Source: Chrysemys picta bellii (lineage: Eukaryota). From it: a stretch of DNA of 64,000 nt. The notes under the pieces were generated by a model. The model was given only the letters and a program-made list of their open reading frames with translations, had not been told where the DNA came from and did not search any database. The stretch is taken from positions 16,616,001 through 16,680,000 of the forward strand of contig NC_088794.1 in the NCBI RefSeq assembly GCF_011386835.1, read 5' to 3'. This document shows positions 11,846-26,210 of the stretch, one piece after another; the stretch's first letter is position 1, and each line of letters starts with the position of its first letter. A program made the position numbers and the translations under genes.

Positions 11846-14800
11846 TAGACATAACCTGATCTAAACTGCTGTTTTTTAATTTATTATTATTTATTATTAC
11901 TTATCTCAGTGCTGTAAATACACGTGACACTTTACAAAATACAGGCCGAGACACAGGTTGCAACGGAATTCATACAGCACAAAAGAGAGGACAAAAGGTC
12001 ATGTAATAGAGAATTTACCAGTGAGAATCCACCACTGAATCAGTTCAGTTTCTTCTTTCCATGCTTGGCTTCTGAGGGCCAAATTCTGTTCTCTTTTCCA
12101 TTTGGTTAAATCTGGGGCAATGCCCTTGACATCAGTGGAGCAGCTCCTGATTTGCACCAGCGAGAGCAGAATCTAGGTCTGAGGGTTTTAGCATGGGTTA
12201 ATGCTTATAACTTTTGTGCATAATTACTTGATGCTCTTCATATGGAAAGTCCTAAATAAGTGCCTCACTCAAGGGAAGTGCCCCAAAATTCTAGGGTAGT
12301 TTGCCTGAGTAAGAGCAGTAGAGGTGGCTGCATTTCATTGGTGTGGAATTTGTATAGTTCCTTTGGGATCTTTGGGAGTAGAAGCATAAAATATGATCAT
12401 CTCTGTAAATTGTGTGTGTAGATATTTCATAGGCAGGACATTCTATAAAATGTGTCACTCTTGCATTGGAGAGTGGAGGTACTAATGCCCATTCTAACTC
12501 ACTACAGGATTTACTTCTCATGAACGGGAAAAGAAAGTAAACTTATGGAACAAATCACGTATTCCGCTGACAGCATCTCTTTCTCTTTTATGGAGCACTC
12601 AAGGGACACTCAGAACTTCATAGCGGCAGCAGTGATAAAACTCATCAGCAGCAGCACAGGCACCTGCCATTTGAGTTAAAGGAGCATCTCCATTAGCTGT
12701 CAGCTGTGTAGGGCTTGTGCCAGTTGTGCTTTTTGTATTCCAACCAGTAGAGGGAAGCGGTGTGCATGTGAATGCGCGGGCACACCCCCTTCCTTATGAA
12801 ATTTCTGGAAAACATCAATAAACATCTGAAGTTTACTAACATACAGTGTGCAGTGTATCCCAAACTAAATAATTGTGATTAAAAACTCACTCATAATGGA
12901 TAAGTTAGGAGAGACTGTATCTGGATAGGCACACACACTGTATACAAGTCTACATGTCTGCACAAAAACAGTTACCCATACCTGGATACCCAGTCGTGTA
13001 TACAGAGCATACAAACACACGCGCAGGTGCCCAGGTGCATTAATGCAGTGACACATACCTATATGCTCCATCACATGTGTAGGCTATGCAAATGCATGTG
13101 TGCACAGATGACCTTGTGCATTATTGCAGCGACCAATTTTTTTAAAAGAACCGAAAGCAAAGCAGAGAATTGGGATTGGAACTGGCACAAAGGGAATGGA
13201 GCGGCCCCGATGGTGCTTTCAGTAATGTATGCAACTTCTGAGAAAACTCAGCACCCTCCACGAGCCCCTGCAGGTTTTGTAGCTTCAATCACTCATCTGA
13301 TAAATTCAGTAAAAACGGCCAGCAGCGATGTGGTCCCCACAAGTGCCTGTGCTGTTGGTAATGTGGAATCTCCCTGAATATCCCTCCATTCCAAACTTGA
13401 TGTCCCCTTATTAATACAATCATTGTAGCTGTCAAACAACATATAGGGGCTGCACTTTTTCCCTTGTCCCCAGAGTAGAGTGCACTCATAATCTGACTGA
13501 CTCTTTATTTTCCCCAGTATCCCAATGTGACATTTTTCTCCCAGTGAAACCCTTGCTAAAAGAAAAAATCCATTATGTCCTACTTGCCTCTAATGATGGT
13601 AGAAAATTTTTTGCTACTAGCAATTTCAGCTCTACAGATAAGATATGAAAAATGTGAGTTCTGTTTTTTTCCTCCTTTATAGGAAAAAAGAATTTCTTCA
13701 ACACTCAGCTTGTCTAGTGAATGATTGTTGCCAAGAAGGATAATGGTCCATAACATATTCATTTTTTCAGGGCTAAATATTGAGATTCTCCTGCAGCGAC
13801 ACAGTTAAAGGTTGTTTTGGGTTGTGGTTTTTTTTGATGGGGCGGGGAGTTGAGCAGCTAAATACAGACCCACTGAAATGCAGTCATCTCTGGGGTGGAG
13901 GCTGGTTTCTGCTTAATAATGCACAACAGAGAGGACAAGGAAGGAACTTTTGTTCAAGGACATTGGGGGAAAGCCCTGTCTTAGACAATTGCGCAAGCTC
14001 TTAAGAGTGCCTGCAGCTCTTCAGAGAGCCCTTGCAGCATGATTCTTAGCCGTATAAATGCTGAATCAGCCCTGCTGTGATTTGAACTTGTGATACCCAA
14101 GTATTAGCTATGTCAGAGTCAATGCTTAAAACAGTAAGCATTCCCTTTCAGCTTGTAAAGTCACTACATCGGAGGAACGGTCATTTTTTCCCCCCAGGAT
14201 GGCCGTCTTTCCCTCTGCTGGAGTTTAAAATCACTCTTGGCTGTTAATCCGTGGAAGGCCTGTTAGAAATAAAATAAAAAATATACAGGGAAAAGTGCCA
14301 TTAAAAAAAGAGTTTACGAGGCAGCAACTTAAGCTACTGGCTCTCCCATACTGGCCAGCGTCTGTTTCTCATTTACAACATGCCTGAGTCAGTGAAGAGA
14401 TGAGATCCCGTCAGTATAGCTGTGAGCTGGGCAGGGCATTCATTCGGCCTGCCTAATGGTCGCTAATGAAATTCGTGGGTTTCCTCCTTGCATAGATGGA
14501 AAGAGCCGGATCCTGGTGGCAACGCTCTTGTGGTGTTTGCCTCTCGATGAGTTAGTTTAATTGATAGAAAGGGTTGTCCAATGGTCAGAGCACTAACCTG
14601 GCACTCAGACCCATTGGGTCAGTGCCCTGCTGTGACACAGACTTCCTGTGTGACACAGGACAAGTCACTTAGGTTTTCCTGGGCATCAGTCCTCCATCGG
14701 TGCTTCACAGGGAGGTTGTGAGGACAAATACTTAGAAGACTGAGAGCTGCTCAGGTACTGCAATTGTAGGGGGCATGTAAATACTGTAGATAGATAATCC

Positions 14801-16113
14801 TGCCTTGGCATTTAGGGACCTAGCTTCTAATCCTGGTTTTATGTTACCTTGGGAGAATCACTTCACCTGATGGCGTCTGTTTGCCCATCTGTAGAATGAG
14901 GGTAATGATATTTACTACTAAATGTTGTTTGTACAGTTGATATCCTGCATATTTAAATTATTTAACGACATCTCTAGGTGCCCAGAAGTGTGAAGTTTTG
15001 TTAATTACTTTCATCTGTTCGTTGTAATCGCCTGTTGTCTCTCGTCAGACACTTGCATTGGAAGCCCTTTGAGGCCTGGGCTGTCTTGTCATTGTGTGTA
15101 TGTCCAGCACCTAGCACAATGGGGCCCTGATCCCTGACTAGGGGCCTCCAGGTTCTACTACAAGACACATGTTAAATAATGCTATTAAGGCCAGGCTGGG
15201 ACAGGAAATGGGAACCAAACTGAGGACTTCTTGACTCCCAGCCACATGCTTAAATAGAGGCTATTACCTTTTCCTGCCACTTTTCCCAAATTCACAGTTT
15301 GTGGCATGGTGGCATTTTGATTTGTTGTTTGCTCATTTAATGCAAACGCCGAGAAAATATTTGTGTCTGGTTTTCTATGGAGAATTTAATAAAATGTTTC
15401 CAGCTTCACAAATCGGGCACATTTCAAAGATTAAATAACTTTCACTTCACCCGGCTCAAGCTGAGGACCCCCAAAGCTTACTTGTTTTGTGAAATGATTC
15501 AGGATTCAGGTGTGTCTTCACTTGAGTCCCCTCATTGTCCGGATCTCTGGTCAGTATTGGAAGCCTCTGCAGCTCAGGAAGGAGTCCATTACCTCCCCAC
15601 AATGGGCCATTAAACTCAATGACAGTGGAGACTGCCTCTCTGTTTGGCCCTGGCTGTGTGGTGCTGCATCTGGGGTCATTTACCACTCTCTGGGTAGCTG
15701 TTAGGAACCCCTCATCTCTGTCATTATAGGAGAGGAACCCATTTACCTTACTCTTAGATACAAGACAGTGGGGGCCCAGTTCTAAATCCCAGGCCATATT
15801 AGGCTCTTCCCCAGAATCTGTCATAGTCTGTTAGCTCTCGAGGAGACAGGCTGCTGGTTTTCATTTTCAGTTCCATATGTGTTTCTCCAGACTGGAGCAG
15901 GAAAGGCCTGCCGTGGAATTTCTGTGTGTTCCCTCACCCCCTCCAACCCTGGGGGCTGCAGCTGAGCTCCCCCTTCCCACTTTGTGAGTCCCCTCTGGTT
16001 TCTTGGTTTCCTTTCTAATTGCTGTCAAGTATCAGGGGGTAGCCGTGTTAGTCTGTATCCACAAAAACAACAAGGAGTCTGGTGGCACCTTAAAGACTAA
16101 CAGATTTATTTGG

Positions 16114-16153
16114 GCATAAGCTTTCGTGGGCTATAACCCACTTCGTCAGATGC
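16114..16153 (-). ncRNA. Minimal type-I hammerhead ribozyme motif (intact)
   Basis: GCAU-CUGACGA-A-GUGGG(UUAUAG)CCCAC-GAAA-GC-UU^AUGC: stem I GCAU/AUGC, conserved core, 5-bp stem II, palindromic AGCU stem III. Confidence 0.75.
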
Positions 16154-16497
16154 ACGGAGTGAAAAATACAGTAGGCAGGTATAAATATACAGCACATGAA
16201 AAGATGGGAGTTGCCTTACCAAGTGAGGGGTCCAGGGCTAACGAGGCCAATTCAGTCCGGGTGTATGTGGCCCATTCCCAAAAGTTGACAAGAAGGGGTG
16301 AATATAAACAGAGGGGAAATTACATTACTTTTTATTGTGATCCAGCCACTCCCAGTCTTTATTCAGGCCTAATTTGATGGTGTCAAGTTTGCAAATTAAT
16401 TCCAGTTCTTCAGTATCAGGGGGTAGCTGTGTTAGTCTGTATCCACAAAAACAACAAGGAGTCCGGTGCCACCTGCCTACTGTATTTTTCACTCCAT

Positions 16498-16537
16498 GCA
16501 TCTGATGAAGTGGGTTATATCCCCCGAAAGCTTATGC
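16498..16537 (+). ncRNA. Minimal type-I hammerhead ribozyme motif (sense to PLXNA2; one stem II mismatch)
   Basis: GCAU-CUGAUGA-A-GUGGG(UUAUAU)CCCCC-GAAA-GC-UU^AUGC. Confidence 0.68.
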
Positions 16538-19027
16538 CCAAATAAATCTGTTATCCTTTAAGGTGCCACCGGACTCCTTGTTGTTTTTCTAATTGCTGTA
16601 ACTTTGACCTGGCAGGAGGATGGTGCTTTAGGGCTTTTTCTATAACACTCTGACCATTTGCATTTGACGAGGAGAGTTTTATTCTTGGCACAGCTCCAGA
16701 TTCCATCCCGAAGGTGACTAGAATCTTGAATCCAGATCGAGAAATGCTTGTGCTGTCCATTGGCTTGAATCACTTAGCCACCACAGAGAAACACCTTCCC
16801 TCCTGCCTGTCAGGATCATAGGTTCCCTTTATGAAACAGAAGGATTTTGTAGGATGACAGGCCGGGTTTGCTGTTTCCAGGCTTAATCTGAGGAAGCTCT
16901 AGGAAGTCTAAAGGGGCCATTTCCAGAAGAGTTAGGGGCTTAAGTTCCTGAGGCCTAAAGGATATTGCGAGGAAGAAGGGGAGTTAGCATCCTGGCTTCC
17001 AGCGACATCAAAGTTCATCCTTTTAGAGAGCTGGCATCTCCTTAGCTAGCTTTGCTTTATATCTGGCACGGTGAGATATCTCCAGTGAACGACTGCAACA
17101 GATCTGTGGATGTAGCTGCAAATACGTGTGGGCAGTTTTACTGCCTGCACAGTATGCTGAGAGCTTTGGAGCATCCACGCTAAGCGTGCAACCTTTCCAC
17201 TCATCCCCCTCACGTACCAGTGTAAACTAGGATTGCTATGCATAGAGCAGCCTGATTTTGTTTCCTCATTTCCCCCTCAGTGAGGGCCCCATCCTGCACG
17301 CATTAGCTCTCAGCACGCAGAATGCCCACTGAGCTCAGCGGGAATGTCATGCGAGGAAGCATGGCAGAATCGGACCCTTTGTGAATCAGGTATCTGTTTT
17401 ACAACTAGCATTTGCCGACGGGCTTTCAGGACTGTGACCCAATCTGTACCAGTTTGTAGAGCTGGGACCAAGTTTTGCAGACTCAAGATGAGTTCATAGA
17501 AGCATCTAGTCTGGGATTTTCTAAAGAGCCTAAGGGCGTTAGGTGTCTATCTCCCATTTGAATTCATTGGGATTTGGGTGCTAATTCCCTTGGGTCTACT
17601 TGAAAATCCCAGCCCTAAACTTCAGGGTGCTTATTTTAACCAAATCTCTGAGCGTTTGGACACCTCTGTCTTCCCATTAGCGTGGGTGGGAGCGGAAGGT
17701 GCGGCTTCACATACAGGAACAGCACCTCAGCCCTTCAGCTTCCTTCTGGGCCCAGTTGCAGGTGGCAGAAGTCCCACTCGTGCGTCACTGAGCTAAGAGA
17801 GGATCTGTACTGGTGACCCCTTTGGCTTTCTGCAGAGAGCTAGTTGGAAATTTCTCAATACATGGGGTTTTCTTTGGAAAATGTCAATTAATCGAAGCCA
17901 AAACTTTTTGCAGGTAAGGATTGGTGTCGATGAAACTCTGGTTGGAAAGGTTTCTTGAGCCCAGAATGGGCTTTCTAGTCAAAACGAGAGAATTAAGAGC
18001 CCACCCCAGAATAACCTGTAGTCCAGTGGTTAGGGCTTGGACCTGGCTTTCCCACATCCCATCTCAGTGCCTTAACCACCAGGCTATAGGCTATATTGGG
18101 AGGGGTCAATCTCTCCCTCTCTCTCTGTTTTTTGTGAAAACTTTTGAAAGGTCTCAGTTTTGTCCGGATGCAGAATGGGAAAATATTTGAAATCTCAAAA
18201 ATGTTCATGGGTCAGGAAAACCATTTCCCTCTCATCTCTGTTGCTGCATACAGGTCCCGCTGGGCAGTTGGAGACTAGCCAGAGGTGTTGGATGATGGGG
18301 TAGGGTAAGAGAGAAGAGGGGAATAGGTTTATGGAGTTGGGGCTACAGATTGTGAAATTGATAGGATATAGAAATAATTTTGCTAAAATAAAACACAGAA
18401 AGAAGTGGCACCAGGTCGCAAAAGGGAAGCATATCCCATGCCGATGAGTCTGTTTTTGAAGCAACAGACACTGATGTGCACCCCAGGAATGAAACCTGAT
18501 TAAAAATGAAACCTAGAATGAGTGTTCAGAGTGTAGTTAGGAGGATCCAATCCGCCTCCCAGTAAAATTGGGTTTTGCTGGACTTGGGAAGCAGAAGCAA
18601 TTGATAATGCATTGCCTCTAGCTTGTGAGGGAAGAGAGGAGTGGGGGGTACTCTCAGGGTTTGTGTCTCCGGAGATAAAATGCATAGCCCACAGCAAGCC
18701 AGGAAGAACAATGATGCTTCAATATATTTCCTGAATAATAACATCCCCTCTTGTGTGGCTGCAATGAAAATATCCTGCGCCGAAAATATTGCTAAAGGTT
18801 ATTTTTCCCTGCACTTAATCTTCTGTCTTGTGGGCTGATTGAGAATGCAAAGAGAATTGTCTGTGATCAAATATACCAGGGTGCATGCTGGACTCCAAGT
18901 GCGGGATGTTTGGCTGCCCTGCCTGGTAAACAGCCATCCAATTTAGATCCAGGTTAATGTCCCAAATGCCCAGAGTTCAGGAGTGTTCAGACCTGACGTT
19001 ATATAAAGGTAAGTGGCCCCCTAGTAA

Positions 19028-19288
<261 letters not shown>

Positions 19289-20912
19289 TGACGCGGGAGA
19301 AGGGAAGGGATTGTTGGAGTGAGAGAGGGGAGCGGCTGCAGTGATGGGAGAGGGGTAGGATAAAGGGGGCCCAACAGCCAATGGCCATGCTGCAAGTGAG
19401 TCCTGGATTGCAGAAGCTTTAGAGTTGAATGGATGAGGTTATCAGGGAGCCGCAGAGCCTGCTCCTGGGCTGAATTTGCACCATCGACTAACACTTCCAC
19501 ATGCTGTGAGGTAGGTAAGTATTGTTATCTTTACTTCCAGATGAGGGAACTAAGTGAGGTTACATAACTTGCCCATGGCCACAGAGGAAGTCAGTGTTAG
19601 ACCTGGGCCTAGAATCAGTTGTTGTTCCTGGCACCCATCACCGTGTTCTAACCACTAGGCAATGCTTCCACTTCCCGATATTAGAGATGCCTCTTTATTT
19701 TATTTAAACCAGCCATCCTACCTCTAACACAGCAGTCACCCTAATGTTGACATCAACGAGGAGACACTGTGAATAAGGCAAATTTAACTAGAAGAGAAAA
19801 AAGATGAAAGGAAAATGGGAGAGGGGAGGCAGAAGGAATAAAAAAATCTAGGGGTTAAACTAATCCTGAATTTCAGATGGGAATCCGCTGTAGGCATGTG
19901 AGGTGTTTAATTATAATACTGGCTGGGTGAAGGTCCTTTATCTGCCAGTGACTGTGGGAGGGTCAGTGAAGGCGAGACAGGGACAGGTGGGGGGAAGAAT
20001 ACAACAAAGGTGTTAAGGCAAGCTAATTCACACAGGAGAGAGAGAGAGAATTATTGGCCTCTTATCAGAGAGCTGTCGAATTCCAGGTCACCGCAGCTTA
20101 ATGGAATGTGCAATGCTAGGAAAGAGGGGAATGGGACTCAGCTGGGGGAGCAGACGTGGCACCGCAGAGTGATACAAATTCTCTGAATGAAACCACTAAA
20201 GACATGCATACAGGGGGCGACTGCAGCTTGGTCTGCATTGTGGCAGCGTGGCATAGCCCATGAAAGTAAAGCCCAAGAGATTCTACAGCAACTTCTCAAG
20301 CTGTAGGAACGCCATTGGAACCATTAACAGAGAATATCATCGTACTTCTTAGCGGGAAGGCTCTCGCTTTTTGCAGTCATTCTTGCACATGGTAGGGAAC
20401 AAAACCCAGGTTCTGCTGCATTCACAGCACAATGCAGATCTCAGCTCTTCACAAAGGCCATTCTCCAAACTGCAGAGGAAGTGCCTCTGTGTTTGTTTGC
20501 AGAAGACACGAGTCTACAAATGGAAAAAGGGCTGGGTGAAGAAGTTTGGGTCTCTGATCTCTAGTCATGTATCAGTGAGGGTTTTAGAAAGCTGCATGGA
20601 CAGATAGCTAGAGTTGCTTGGTTCTAGATGGTGGAACCAGGAACTTCAGGATCTACTTTAACAATCCATGCAGATACTCCTAGCTTATTAATCAGGTTCT
20701 GAATTGTCTTACATTTCCCTGGATATTTGTGCCTCACTAGCTCTCTGTAGGCCCCATAGCAGGGTAGATAATAAATGTAATAATACTAAATAGCCCTTTT
20801 CCTATCCAAAGTGATTTATAAACATTACCTAACAAATACTCAGAGCAGCCCTGCTTTAGAGAAATCCTATTATCCTTTTATACAAATGGGAAACTGGAGG
20901 CAGACAGTTTAA

Positions 20913-21132
20913 GGGCCAGTCTGCACACAAAGTTGTACCAATACAACTAAAGGTGTGGTTTTACACTGACTTAGTTAAACCAGAGCAACTCTATGTGGGT
21001 GAGGCCACTTTGATATCTGTTTAATCCAGGCTTGTAATGTTTAGTTCACGCTGGTAAATGTATATGGACATGCTAAACCAGTATAAGTAGATCTACATTA
21101 AACCAGTGCAGCTTCTGAGTGTAGACAAGCCC
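20913..21132. mobile_element. PIF/Harbinger MITE inserted into a MIR-like SINE
   Basis: TAA TSD at 20910-20912 and 21133-21135; termini GGGCCAGTCTGCAC / GTGTAGACAAGCCC; the MIR core continues across the insertion (GGGAAACTGGAGGCAGA...GTGACTTGCCCAAG). Confidence 0.75.
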
Positions 21133-22072
21133 TAAGTGACTTGCCCAAGACCACATGGGGAGCTAGTGTCAGAGTTGGGATTAGAACGCTGGACCTCGTG
21201 AGTCCTATTCCTGTACTTATTCCATTCATGTCATATCCTGCTCGACAGCATGAAGGCTGATGTAGAACAGATGTGGATAAATAATCTGTGAGGAAGGGAA
21301 CACTAAACAGTCAAGCGTTTTGGTGGGGTTTCTTTAATATGCTTGCTTTTTACAGTCCCATTGACATTTTCCTTGTAGGAAAATTGGAGTCATTGGTTGA
21401 TCTGCAAAGACTGCCAGCATAGGGCCCAATATGTGCTAATTATGACTATGGCACTTGTGAAGTGTCTACTAGGAGAATGGTCTGAGACCTCCAAACTCAT
21501 CTGTATGGCCCCGGGCATCCGCCCATACACATTCCAGGCAGTGCTACCCTGATCTGGATTTGAACTGGTGACTTAAAAAATTCCTCCTCTCCACCCTGAA
21601 TAGGGCGCACTGACTGAAATATTTCCTTAGTAAGTTGTCAGATCTTTGCAGCACATTTGTACATTCCTGATTACATTGAGGGAGTGTGGTGTTAGACGGA
21701 AAGTTGTCCCAATCTGTCTCCTGGGCAGAAGTGCTACTGTGTAGAGCCTCAGTCTAGTCTCATTAAATAGTGGGGCTGTATTTATGAGAACAGTCAGTGT
21801 GTCTGGGATAATTAATCTATTACCTCTTGCAGGGTCCATCAGCTGATTTTAATTATCTTTCTCTGGCAAGGAGAAATGAGTCTCACCATGTGGACCCAAA
21901 GCAGGATCCTAGAAATGAGAGTTAGAATTGTTGGTCACTTAGACATCATCATGTGTTTTTTAAGCAAAAAGTTGTTAGTTATATATATATATGTCATTTC
22001 CTTCCTGGTGTCTCTTCCTGACCCATCCTCCCAAGCACATCCCCTAAACATTTTTCTTATCTTGTTCCTTAG

Positions 22073-22231
<159 letters not shown>

Positions 22232-24276
22232 TGATAAGGGCTTGTGGGGGAGTGTGTGGTCAAGCCCATTTCTAGAAAAAGAAATTTCTATTCACAGGAA
22301 GACAGGGTTAGAACCCTGCTAGTCACAGCCAAGTTACACCACCATTGTATCCAGCATCATTATGATCCCAGTGTGGACTCTGCCCAGATTTCTAGCCCAC
22401 AGTTAGCCATAGCCCAGACCCTCAGCATTACAGAAGTGGCCCTTAGTGAAAACAGCCTGTACGCTGCAAAAAGGAAATCTTTACTAAACACATTGACCGG
22501 CAGCCAGCTCAGAGACATCTCTGTCACATGTGGCTGCCTCAAACCCCTCTGTCACAGATCAGTAGGATGTGACCTGTGCTTCTCATATCACGTTACTTTG
22601 AGCCATCCACAAGGCTGAGGCGAGGTTTTCATGTTGGGCACTGAAATCTGGGAATCCCAATGGGACACACTTGTACAATAGTGCTGCATACTTTGACAAG
22701 GGGAATGGAGCATGAACTTAACAGGCCTGGGAGTGCAAGGAGAGAGAATAATTTGCAATAAGCATAAATAACAAGTGACTAGAAATCTGCAACAGCAAAA
22801 ACTTCACCTTTGGACAGACTGCAAAACCCTCTGTCTCTCCACACAACATGGGCAGCAGCAGACCAAGCTTCTCTTCATACACTAACTTACCAAGGCACAT
22901 CGATCCTAACCTAGCGTTATCACCTCTGAAAATATCTATGGGCCTCCCTACAGCTCTGTATTTTATATAGCATCCTTCACCCTGTAGGATCCCCAAGTGT
23001 TTTACAAGTTGTACATGGGAATACCACTTGCCCTCCACTCAAACGCAATTGCCTGTGATCATTTTAGGGAAGTAGATTTAACCAGGATATTAGATCTAAA
23101 ACCTCTGATCATGTGAAAATTCAGTGTGCGCTTTGTATGTGCCTCTTATTATATCTTTGGTAATAGCAGTAGTCCATATGGATACTGCAGTTCATTATGT
23201 GGACTTTGCTTCTGGATGCCACAACACTCATTTTAGAAAAGACCTGTTAAAAGATCTGACCTGTCGAAAATCTACATTTGCCCTGCTCTGAAGCGAGCTA
23301 GTGCAGCCAAGCCCTGATAAAGAAAGAAACCTGTTATACTTCCAGCTATAGGAGGAATGCAGTAGGAAAACAGAATAAATGGCTGTGAGACAAAATCTAG
23401 TGTATTGCAGAGCAAAATAGACTGAAAGCAGCAGATGAGCCCCCTGAAAAGAATACCTGTTAATAGTCCCATTTTGCTGAAGCAGGGACATCCATTTAAC
23501 AGGTTCCTGTTTATCCACGTAGGAGTTATATTTTGCTTTTGAATGCTTTGAAATTTTCTGAGGAACCTGATACGTTGGAGCCCTGTTGGGAGACCCTGCC
23601 AAGCTCCCTGGAAATGGAGACATTGTTTCAATGAGCTCTTTCTTGGTTTAGGTCAATGGAGTAAACTAAACAAAGAGGTTTTCAACGCTGCCTTCCAAAG
23701 CAAGCATGGGAGCAATAATGTCTGAGAACATCTGGAAAAAGGATAAGTGGGAATGAGAAGGTTTAAAAGCTCCTTTGCCAACAAAACCGTGCGTGGCTCT
23801 GATGAGCCTGACTAACGTTCCCTGTGGTTCTCCAACTACGCTGCCCAGCTTTGCAACAGGGCTGCTTCTGTCCCAGCTGGCACTAGTCACCTGGGCAGCC
23901 GCGGTGGTCAGGGCAATCAGAAACGGCTGAGTTAGAGAGCGAGAGGCAGGGAGCGATCGGCTTGTTGAAAAACAAATGTGAGAGACGGTACCCCGCGAGC
24001 TGTGCAGAATATTTACAGCCATTTAGGTACAAGGCAGATCTATCGGTAACCTTTCAGTTCATTACCCCCACAGGCCCTATTCCCCTTCTTCCCCCCGCCC
24101 TCCGCACACACATCTTTTTCAAGCATCTCCATGAGGTGGTCTCTTCTCTTCATCAGTCAAGGGGAATTGTGGGCTGTCTTCATCTCTACTGATACTGTAA
24201 GCACATGTCGCTCTTTTGGTCCTGAAGATTTAGTCTCCAGCTCAGTACTCAGTCCGCGCCTCTCCCTTCTCCACAG

Positions 24277-24467
24277 TTCACCTGTACAAATGCGCCGCCC
24301 AGCGGGAGAGCTGCGGCCTGTGCCTGAAAGCAGATCAGAAGTTCGAATGCGGCTGGTGCAGCGGAGAGGCCAAGTGCACGCTCCGGCAGCACTGCAGTTC
24401 CCCCATTCACCCTTGGCTCGACTGGTCCAGCAGGAACGTCAAGTGCTCCAATCCCCGCATCACCGAG
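24277..24467 (+). CDS. PLXNA2: Plexin-A2 coding exon g (191 nt, third PSI domain)
   Basis: CACAG acceptor; (V)[63 protein letters not shown]; donor GAG|GTAAG. Confidence 0.97.
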
Positions 24468-25534
24468 GTAAGAGAATCCAGCCACAGCGAGTCTGCCTGT
24501 CTGTCATCCCTGGCCCATTCTGTTTAACCTCATCATGCTTGAAATGCCAGATTGATTTGTGTCTGCTCCTGGCTGCCTCATTTCTGGCCCAGATACAAGA
24601 TATCCTCCATTCTGCACTGAAGAAGAATGAATAAAACACTTCAGTGCTTCCCGCAAAATTAATGTGTTGCTTCCTTAGCGTGTGACCAGGGGTTACGCCC
24701 TCACTGCCGACCATTCCCTCTCTGTCATTTGTCTGGATGTGTCCTCAGCACTGGGGTGCCCGCTATGCCCTGCTCCTTGGATACTAATTAAACCAGGGAG
24801 GTAATTAGTCTATAATTGACTTCTCTGGATTACAGGGAGGGAGTTAGGACCCTACACGAGGTGTCTCCTGGAGGAATTATTCACTGTAAAGCAGTTGTTG
24901 GGGTGATGCTTGTACTGTTGGTGGTGGCTCTTGGGGGCCAGATCAGAGTGTTGGATCCAGGAAGCCTTTGATTTCTTGCTTAGCTAGTTTCTAATACAAA
25001 TTTAGGGTCTAATTTTCCATTGCCCTGCACTATGTGTTGCCATTCACACCTGTGCAAAATGAATGTAAAGTGGGCATCAAATGTTACCAAATCAGAATGG
25101 CTGCACAAGGGACAATCAGGCCTTCTCAGCGCACAGACTTGCACCAATTTAATGAAGGCCTTGTCTACACACAAGCTGCACCAGTTTAACCTGAATCCGT
25201 TTTTAAATAGGTTTAGTTAAACCCTGCACATTCATTTTTACGGTTTGAGTGGCTTATTTTCCATTTAGCAGAGAGCTGTTCATAGTGGCCTTATGCTAAA
25301 CCAATATAAGTCTGGTTTACACCAAAATAAGTTTGTTCACACAGGGGGGTTGCACTACTTTAAATAAATCGTTGTCCTAGAATCACAGAGTTTAAGGCTA
25401 GAGGGGACCATTAGAACATCTAGGTGTACAAGTTCTATGTGCAGATCAGACCCCAGACCCTCAGTGTTCAAATTTTGATACAGATAGTCATAGAACAATG
25501 CCATGTATTTGTATATTTCAGTGGTTAGAATGGA

Positions 25535-26210
25535 AATCATATTGCCTCTGTATAAATCCATGGTACGCCCACATCTTGAATACTGCATGCAGATGTGGTC
25601 TCCTCATCTCAAAAAATATATATATTGGAACTGGAAAGGGTTCTGAAAAGGGCAGCAAAAATGATTGGGGGTGTGGAATGGCTTCCATATAAGGAGAGAT
25701 TAAAAAGATTGGGACTGTTCAGCTTGGAAAAGAGGCGACTAAGGGGGGATATGATAGAGGTCTATGAAATCATGACTGGTGTGGAGAGAGTAAATAAGGA
25801 AGTGTTATTTACTCCTCATTACACAAGAACTAGACGTCAACAAATGAAATTACTAGGCAGCCGGTTTAAAACAAACAAAAGGAAGTATTTCTTCACACGA
25901 TGCACAGTCAACCTGTGGAACTCATTGCCAGAGGATGTTGTGAAGGCCAAGACTATAAGTTTGGGGCTCAAAAAAGAACTAGATAAGTTCATAGATAAGT
26001 CCATCAATGGCTGTCAGCCAGGATGGGCAGGGATGGTGTCCCTAGCCTCTGTTTGCCAAAAGCTGGGAATGGGCGACAGGGGATGGATCACTTGATGATT
26101 CCCTGTTCTGTTCATTCCCTCTGGGGCACCTGGCATTGGCCACTGTCGGAAGACAGGATACTGGGCTAGATGGATCTTTGGTCTGACCCAGTACGGCCGT
26201 TCCTATGTTC
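25535..26210 (+). mobile_element. CR1 LINE 3' fragment (turtle PsCR1-like), sense to the gene
   Basis: ORF2 C-terminal motifs [23 protein letters not shown] and [15 protein letters not shown], followed by the CR1 3' UTR and a TATGTTC tail; frameshifted. Confidence 0.92.

Larger units (their letters stand above)
16026..16585 (-). mobile_element. Penelope-like element (PLE) 3' fragment with tandem plus inverted pseudo-LTR
   Basis: 14-bp direct repeat TTTCTAATTGCTGT at 16012-16025 and 16586-16599; 118-bp inverted arms 16063-16180 / 16471-16588; minus-strand ORF remnant 16408-16325 ELELICKLDTIKLGLNKDWEWLDHNKK*, which I recognise as a PLE ORF C-terminus following the GIY-YIG domain; hammerhead motifs. 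Confidence 0.85.

Noticed and set aside
17985-18090. tRNA-like heads (AGTGGTTAGGGC and its inverse)
   Set aside because: Only SINE-derived fragments; no complete cloverleaf, so no tRNA gene is called.
23799-23805. CTGATGA hammerhead-like heptamer
   Set aside because: No stem II followed by GAAA and no stem I partner.
24131-24634. 167-aa plus-strand ORF
   Set aside because: Overlaps exon g in the wrong frame; its length is explained by the GC-rich exon.
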